64,000 nt of DNA from Candidatus Latescibacterota bacterium (GTDB taxonomy: Bacteria > Latescibacterota > UBA2968 > UBA8231), in the NCBI GenBank assembly GCA_965261395.1, contig OZ253462.1:1760001-1824000 (forward strand). The letters are read 5' to 3'. The notes under the pieces are model-generated. The model was given only the letters and a program-made list of their open reading frames with translations, ran no database searches and had not been told where the DNA came from. Of this stretch, positions 57,891 through 64,000 are shown one piece after another (position 1 is the stretch's first letter; each line of letters starts with the position of its first letter). The position numbers and the translations under genes were made by a program.

Positions 57891-60800
57891 TCAAGCGACT
57901 GAAACCTTGTCTTCCTCAACCGTTACCGCGCCGTCCTGCACCAGCTTTTTCAGCGCGGATCCTACCTTCCGATTCGCTTTGGCCGTTACGCGGCGAAAGC
58001 CCATCAGCGATAGGGCCTCAGAAATGGCCTCTTCTTCTGACATGCTAAAGGCCGCACGGATTGCCGAGATCAAGGCCGCACGAATTTCCTCGTCGGGCAC
58101 CAGTTCGATTTTCTTAACGGTGGGAGGCATGTCCGAGCGGTCTCGCACCCGTACAGGCTTATTGCTATCGGCAAACAGGAAGTCGCCTTCTAAGTGGAGA
58201 AAGCCGTTCCTTTGACCGTATTCGGCGGCCCGTTTTATATGCCCTAGCATTCTCGAACCCACACGGGCAAAACCGGCCGATTCAGCGAGTCGTCGCGCCG
58301 CCTCTGTCAGGTGAACGGAGCCTTCAATGTCAATCACCTTGCGCATGGCTTGAGCGACATTGCCTAGTGGCAACTCGTGGATTTCGGCGAATTCAGCAAT
58401 GCCCAAATCGCCCGTGGCCAACACATAGGCGTCGGCCCGCAAGGTTTTTTCCGTCGGCTCGTCGCGCTCGATGCGCTTGGGCTGCGCTGCGGCACGGGGT
58501 TGCTCGGCGTGGGTTTCTTCCGTCCCGTAAAAGCGTAGCGCTCGGTCAATAGAATCCTTGAGGCGCACGCTTTCTCCATGGGGGTCCCGGAACCAGTCGG
58601 TACTCCAAATGCGATGGAAGCGCCAGCCCAAGCCCTCTAGCACGCTTTGGCGCAAACGGTCGCGGTCGCGGGCCGTTGCCGAGCTGTGATAACTCGCGCC
58701 GTCGCACTCTACTGCCAAAATATAGCGGCCGGGCTTTTCGGGGTCGCGCACGGCAATGTCAATATAGAAGCCTGCCGAACCCACTTGCGGCTCAATGTCA
58801 TAGCCTAGATGGCGAATGGCGTCGCTCACGGCCTCTTCAAACGGCGAATCCGCCTCCTTCCCGGTTTCGTGGCGATGCTCTAATTCACCGGTCTGAGCGT
58901 AGTGCAAGAAGCTCTTCAAGGCGCGAACCCCAAACGGCGAATTGCTCTCGGTTTTAATGTCGTCCGCCATAAAATTGCTAAAGACCTCCATCGCCAAGCG
59001 TGCGCGCGTGATCAACACATTCAAGCGGCGCTCACCGCCCTCGCGGTTCACCGGACCAAAACTCGTGCTTATGTTGCCAGCGGCCGTACGGCCATAGCCA
59101 ATGCTGATGAAAATTACATCGCGCTCATCCCCCTGCACGTTCTCCAAGTTTTTTACAAAAAAGCCTTCTAGCGCGCCCGTAGTAAAAAATTCCTCACAAC
59201 TCGGCTCTAAACGCCGCAACCGCTCGATTTCCAACAAAATACAATCGCGTTGAGCCGTCGAAAACGCGACCACTCCCAAGGTCATATCCGGGTGCGCTTT
59301 GGCGTGGCGCATGACCGCCTCGGCTACGGCGCGCGCCTCCACCGGGTTAGTGCGCGAACTGCCGCGCTCGTACACTGACTCGGGCAGATGGTTAAATGTC
59401 AAGCCCTTGGCGTAGGGATTCACCCCGGGGCTGGGGAAGATCATCAAGCGGCCATCGTAAAATTCCCGATTGGAAACGGCAATTAGGGAATCGTGTCGGC
59501 TCCGATAGTGCCAGCGCAACATGGACTCCGGTACCCCTTGCGACAAGAACATACTCAGAATACTCTCAATGTCGGCGGTCTGACTCTCTTCGTCGTCTAG
59601 CTCCAAGGCTTTAGTAAAGAAGTCCGTCGGCGGCATCTGGCGCGTGTCCCCAACCACCACAACCTGTTTGCCACGCAGAATCGGGCCGATTGCATCCACT
59701 ACTTTCACTTGACTGGCTTCGTCAAATACCACCAAGTCAAAGTCCAACACCCCTTGCTCCAAGTAGGTCGCTACCGACATAGGGCTCATCATAAACACGG
59801 GCTTTATTTGCTGGATCGCGCGGCCGGCTTGGGTGATTAGCCGACGAATCGGCATGTGGCGGCGCTTCTTGTTTATCTCGCGGCGAATAATCGCCATCTC
59901 ACCAGCAGCGTTGGCCGCCGGCAAGCTGTGGTAGTGTTTCAAGACCAACTCTTCTTGGGCGTGATACAACAGATCTTCATCTAAGCGTCTAAATTCAGCG
60001 ATGGCGCTTTCGTGGCTCATCCGATTAAACCGCTTGAGCGTCTCACTCTTGTTATACGCCTCATTCACCAAGCCCTCGTAATAGGCTTTCTTCAGGGATG
60101 TCAGCAACAAAGCTGGTGGCCATGTCCAGTCGTAAGACAATCGGTCGATTTGTTCCAACTCGCTGGCGCAAAGTTTTTTTCTCAGATGGTTATAGCGCGC
60201 CATCTGCTCTAAGGTGCCGATTCGATCGCGCCAACGATTGAGCTCGTCTTCCATTGCGCCCAACGGTTGCTCTTCAATGGATCGCGCTTCCATCCCCAAA
60301 CGCTGGTTCACCTCGTCGATTAGCTTTTTCAGTTCGCCAGCGGTGCGCTCAAGCGCCTCCAACTGCTCCTCGCCGCCTTTGAGTTTTCTGCCGCTCTCCA
60401 AGAATTTTAGCAAGCCTTCCGGCACCGTGCCCTCGCCTACTTCTTTGTACAACTCGACGACCCAGGCACTAAGTACCTTCAGTGAACTCCAATCGCTACG
60501 CGGCCCTTTCCATTGTATCCCCAACAGGCTTTCGCCCAAGCACTCGTGCTCGGTGTATGGCTCGCGCAGGGCTTGGTATTTGAGAATGTCGTCGATGAGT
60601 GCCACGCATGCTTCCGCACCGGCTGGCAGTTCGCCTTTCACCAAACCTTGCAGAGTGCGTTGGGCTCGGCGGAAGCTGGGAAAAATAAAACGCCACCAGT
60701 GACGGCCCGTAGTGGCCCACGCTTGGCGCACACTCAACAGGTTGGCCTGCCAAGCCTGCTCGATCAATTGCTCGCGCCGCTTGTCTTGCAACGCCGTCAT

Positions 60801-62552
60801 TTCTTCGCCGGCTTGGATCAGAGCCTCAATTTGCTCACCGCGGTGTTTCCAATCCGAAGCGGTTAGCTGTACTCCCTCCAAGGACGGTGCATTCAGCACG
60901 CGCTCGCCAGCGCGGTAAATGGCCCTCATGTCGGCGAGGTTTTCTGGGCCGTCTAGACCCATCTCTTCGGACAGGGTGTCACCCAATTTCCAGCAGTCGC
61001 TGAGCGATGCGAGTGCTTTAGTCAAGCAAGTAACTACTTCGTTTTGCTCAATCGGTGAAATGTGCTCTAGTGTCGATTGGGCAAAAGGATTCTGGGCCGG
61101 AGTGCCCATCGCCTCTAAATGTTCAACCAGTTCGCGCACATTCGCGCAGGCGTTTGTAAAAGCATCCCCGTCCCAATGGCGGAACTCGGCAAAGTCCAGT
61201 GCTGGCACCTCGCGCTCACTAGCTTCTTCTTTCAGATTCAGGAGGTGCCCTTGGGCATTTATATAGCTCGTTCCCGAAATCAGAATGGGGCGGTTCACCT
61301 CGCTACAATACGCATCGAGTTGTTCGCGTAACTGGGTGTGGCGACGCTTTTTGGCTGCGTGATTCTCCACGGCCGGCGGGCCGAGTTCCAACGTGCGCTT
61401 CAGTTCTTGCAGAACGGCACTCTTATTGCTCTTGTGGCTGTGAAGCTCCAGCACGGCATCGCCCAAGTGGCATTCGTCGAGGCGACGTTTTACCACCTCT
61501 AAGGCAGCCATTTTTTCGGCTACAAAAAGCACAGTTTTTCCGTCGGCAAGGGCCTCGGCGATGATATTGGTAATGGTCTGCGATTTGCCCGTACCCGGAG
61601 GGCCTTGAATTACCAAATTGGCGTCTTGCTTCACCGCCATGACTGCTTGCGTTTGGCTGGAGTCCGCGTCTAACACAAAGTGGAGATCCGTGAGATCGAG
61701 CAACTCGGAGGACGTCTCTTCACTCGGCGTTGAGAGTAATCCATCGCCGACGCCCCCAAATCCGCTGTCGAGCAATCTTTGCAACACCTCGTGGTCGTAG
61801 GGCTTGTGGTCTTCAGGCCAATTATCCGGATCTAAGTCCTGATACATCTGGAACTTGCCAAAAGAAAAAAACCCGAGCGCGATCTCATCTGCCTGCACCA
61901 ACCAGCGCGGCTGGTGATCCACGCTATCGGCCACTTCTTTTAAGTACTCATCAATGTCCAACTCTTCCCCGAACTCCGGCAGCGTTATCTCGAACTCGCT
62001 TTTTAATTTGTTGGCAAGCGTCAGATTCGGGCCAAAATCGGCCTGAGTGTACGCTACCTTGTAGCGCGCTCTCGCACTGCCGCGCTCCAGAGCAACCGGC
62101 ACCAATACGAGCGGTGCTTTGCGGGGTATGGAGGAGCTTTCGTGTTCATACCAAGTCAAGAAGCCCAAGGCCAAATACAAAAGATCAACGCCCTGCTCTT
62201 GGTAGTAGCTCTCGGCCTCCGTGCTGATCTTCAGTAGGCTTTTATCCAGCGCATCCGCGGTGAGTTTGGTTTGCAGGCGGTTGTCGGTATGGCGGCGGTC
62301 TGCGTACTGGTCTTCCAAAATTTGGTGCAGTGCTTGCTGCTCGCTTTCGTCCTCCAGCGACGCGGGCACCGGAATAAATGCCATGGCTTTTTTTTGCTCA
62401 GCGACCAATATCCGAAACACCTCTCTCGACTTCTCGTCGATCACTTCAAGCGTTTTCGCGCCGGGACGAAAATTGAGCAGCGTATTACCACGCAGGCCCA
62501 TATCCAATAATTCCGACCGGCTGACTTTCAGTTTTTCTGCTAAAGATTGCAT
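57891..62552 (-). CDS. DUF4011 / SF1 (Upf1-like) helicase / Vsr-like REase / DUF3320 protein (Hhe-like)
   Basis: LLD..LR.N.LLN, GPPGTGKSQTI.N, FDEASQ, GD..Q.PP, HYRS, ENVQGDERD, SPFE and ECDG..YHS...RDRD.LR...LE..GW. Confidence 0.9.
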   Translation of the reverse strand: MQSLAEKLKVSRSELLDMGLRGNTLLNFRPGAKTLEVIDEKSREVFRILVAEQKKAMAFIPVPASLEDESEQQALHQILEDQYADRRHTDNRLQTKLTADALDKSLLKISTEAESYYQEQGVDLLYLALGFLTWYEHESSSIPRKAPLVLVPVALERGSARARYKVAYTQADFGPNLTLANKLKSEFEITLPEFGEELDIDEYLKEVADSVDHQPRWLVQADEIALGFFSFGKFQMYQDLDPDNWPEDHKPYDHEVLQRLLDSGFGGVGDGLLSTPSEETSSELLDLTDLHFVLDADSSQTQAVMAVKQDANLVIQGPPGTGKSQTITNIIAEALADGKTVLFVAEKMAALEVVKRRLDECHLGDAVLELHSHKSNKSAVLQELKRTLELGPPAVENHAAKKRRHTQLREQLDAYCSEVNRPILISGTSYINAQGHLLNLKEEASEREVPALDFAEFRHWDGDAFTNACANVRELVEHLEAMGTPAQNPFAQSTLEHISPIEQNEVVTCLTKALASLSDCWKLGDTLSEEMGLDGPENLADMRAIYRAGERVLNAPSLEGVQLTASDWKHRGEQIEALIQAGEEMTALQDKRREQLIEQAWQANLLSVRQAWATTGRHWWRFIFPSFRRAQRTLQGLVKGELPAGAEACVALIDDILKYQALREPYTEHECLGESLLGIQWKGPRSDWSSLKVLSAWVVELYKEVGEGTVPEGLLKFLESGRKLKGGEEQLEALERTAGELKKLIDEVNQRLGMEARSIEEQPLGAMEDELNRWRDRIGTLEQMARYNHLRKKLCASELEQIDRLSYDWTWPPALLLTSLKKAYYEGLVNEAYNKSETLKRFNRMSHESAIAEFRRLDEDLLYHAQEELVLKHYHSLPAANAAGEMAIIRREINKKRRHMPIRRLITQAGRAIQQIKPVFMMSPMSVATYLEQGVLDFDLVVFDEASQVKVVDAIGPILRGKQVVVVGDTRQMPPTDFFTKALELDDEESQTADIESILSMFLSQGVPESMLRWHYRSRHDSLIAVSNREFYDGRLMIFPSPGVNPYAKGLTFNHLPESVYERGSSRTNPVEARAVAEAVMRHAKAHPDMTLGVVAFSTAQRDCILLEIERLRRLEPSCEEFFTTGALEGFFVKNLENVQGDERDVIFISIGYGRTAAGNISTSFGPVNREGGERRLNVLITRARLAMEVFSNFMADDIKTESNSPFGVRALKSFLHYAQTGELEHRHETGKEADSPFEEAVSDAIRHLGYDIEPQVGSAGFYIDIAVRDPEKPGRYILAVECDGASYHSSATARDRDRLRQSVLEGLGWRFHRIWSTDWFRDPHGESVRLKDSIDRALRFYGTEETHAEQPRAAAQPKRIERDEPTEKTLRADAYVLATGDLGIAEFAEIHELPLGNVAQAMRKVIDIEGSVHLTEAARRLAESAGFARVGSRMLGHIKRAAEYGQRNGFLHLEGDFLFADSNKPVRVRDRSDMPPTVKKIELVPDEEIRAALISAIRAAFSMSEEEAISEALSLMGFRRVTAKANRKVGSALKKLVQDGAVTVEEDKVSVA

Positions 62553-62782
62553 GTTAGTGAAGAGTGATGAGTGGTAAGTAGTGAGTGGATTCGTCCGCAC
62601 TGAGATCGCAATTTCAGCCTCTTAAAAATGCGTTTGGGGATGCTCTTGAAGCGTCAAAAAACGGCGTGCAGAACACGTCTTTCTTTTACCGATAGACGCG
62701 GACGATGTCGGCGGCCACTTTGTTCGGTGCAGCGACCCCCCCAAAACTACCGAGCCCGATCATCGCTAGCTACCGAGTTCCT

Positions 62783-63511
62783 CTACAAGGAGTCGCGCAG
62801 CAGCCAGCGCACGGCGTTCTGCTGCAACTTCTCGTAGGACGGGTTCCACAGCGCGGGGATGGTGTGCCCTGGTGACAGATAGCACACTCGGCCCGCGCCA
62901 TAATCGTAAGCCCAAGCCGCCTCGCAGGTAGTGCCCAAGTCCTGCCAAGTGTGCCCGTCGTCGTTGACGCTGACGGCCAAGACATGGGCTGGGTCCTTGT
63001 CGTAGTGCATGAAGTGCTGTTCGTCCTCGACGACAAAGTCCTCCACACCGCGCGTTATGGGGTGGTCTGTGCGCGTGATGTGAACTCGGTAGGGACGCAC
63101 CGCCGGGTGCCCTTGCGTAGCGGCCCCTAGCACGTGGCGGAAGTCGTCGCTGCCCGGGGCGATGTACGTGGAATTGTGGTAGAAAAGAGCCGCTCCGCCC
63201 GCCTCGACAAAGCTCCGCACGGCACGGCCTTGGTCCTCGGTAATCCACTGCACGGGACGGGATTCCTCGGCTTGGACGGGCGGCTCGCTGACGGACGCAG
63301 CCTCTATACCGTAGCCATTGGGCCAAATCATGCCGTCGCGGAAGACGATCAGCAGCCGGTAGCTCGACAGATGTTGGGCGTTGAGCAGGGTGAGCTCGTC
63401 GGTAAAATCAACGGACAATCCCATGCCTTGGACCAAGGTGCGGCCCAAAGCCGTGCGGATGTAATCAGACGTGTGATAACGGTCGCCCACTAGGGCAAAG
63501 GCCGTAGCCAT
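62783..63511 (-). CDS. ThuA-like domain protein
   Basis: FVE.GG....H, HPIT.GV..F...DE and YG.GRV.Y...GH motifs; RBS GAGGAG. Confidence 0.85.
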   Translation of the reverse strand: MATAFALVGDRYHTSDYIRTALGRTLVQGMGLSVDFTDELTLLNAQHLSSYRLLIVFRDGMIWPNGYGIEAASVSEPPVQAEESRPVQWITEDQGRAVRSFVEAGGAALFYHNSTYIAPGSDDFRHVLGAATQGHPAVRPYRVHITRTDHPITRGVEDFVVEDEQHFMHYDKDPAHVLAVSVNDDGHTWQDLGTTCEAAWAYDYGAGRVCYLSPGHTIPALWNPSYEKLQQNAVRWLLRDSL

Positions 63512-63565
63512 AAGTCGTCTCCTCAACGTAATTTCGCGTCTGCAACTGGCGGCGCGCTCGCCGCC

Positions 63566-64000
63566 TTAAAACCGTTCCAACTCCGGGAATTTTTCCTCGC
63601 CGCCATGCACGTGCATGGCCCCGCCTTCAGCGCACCGCCGCAAGGTGGGAAACACCTTGCCTGGATTCAATACCTGCTGCGGGTCAAACTCGGCCTTGAC
63701 TCGCTCTTGGGCGTCCAAATCCGCGTCCTTGAACATGCACGGCATCAAATCACGCTTCTCAATGCCAATCCCGTGTTCCCCACTCAACACGCCCCCCACC
63801 TCGACACAGAGCTTTAGGATCTCGGCCCCCAGCGACTCGGCCTTCTCCAGATCGCCCTCGACATTGCTGTCGTACAGCACGAGCGGGTGCAGGTTGCCAT
63901 CGCCCGCGTGGAAGACATTGGCTACCCGCAGGCCATACGCGGCCGACAGCTCTCCGATTCTCTGTAGCACTTGCGGCAGCGCGCCCCGAGGGATGGTCCC
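63566..64000 (-). CDS. glcD: FAD-linked glycolate oxidase subunit GlcD (C-terminal part, runs off the window)
   Basis: NVFHAGDGNLHP, GEHGIGIEK and FDP...LNPGK.FP motifs. Confidence 0.85.
   Translation of the reverse strand, partial: GTIPRGALPQVLQRIGELSAAYGLRVANVFHAGDGNLHPLVLYDSNVEGDLEKAESLGAEILKLCVEVGGVLSGEHGIGIEKRDLMPCMFKDADLDAQERVKAEFDPQQVLNPGKVFPTLRRCAEGGAMHVHGGEEKFPELERF

Overview
GC-rich bacterial chromosome segment. Dockerin/EF-hand-like 'DFFL.AD.FG' secreted proteins, an ankyrin protein with an ECF-sigma remnant and a CRTAC1 protein suggest a Latescibacterota/Gemmatimonadota-like organism, possibly a host-associated MAG (inference). Layout: (i) 0-8.7 kb metabolic genes (metallophosphoesterase, two-subunit molybdoenzyme, aldo/keto reductase, DUF445, ankyrin, GNAT). 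(ii) 8.7-19.5 kb a lower-GC accessory island with a wHTH+TIR pair, an IS5 (IS903 group) and an IS630 element that both sit at deletion junctions, methyltransferases, and an integrase-less integron cassette array (CALIN) with five attC sites. Its cassettes encode nucleotidyltransferase/DUF4037 proteins, a frameshifted methyltransferase and a HEPN-like protein, followed by a higA remnant. (iii) 19.5-43.4 kb core genes (M42 peptidase, hpt, a divergent recA, radA, prmC, prfA, rpmE2, rho, dnaG, tRNA-Ile2, tRNA-Val, mpl, GT2, hisC, rel). (iv) 43.5-55.7 kb a tightly coupled, uncharacterised membrane operon: NusG-II/Gx pair, two OPT-like paralogues, a 1.6-kaa degenerate-M28/FtsX fusion, a PsbP-like protein, a stand-alone PqqD/RRE and a PAP2-like protein. 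This is the best candidate for an undescribed peptide-handling system. (v) recD2, an Hhe-like DUF4011 helicase-nuclease, a ThuA protein and partial glcD. All family assignments are from motif recognition by eye; no database searches were run.
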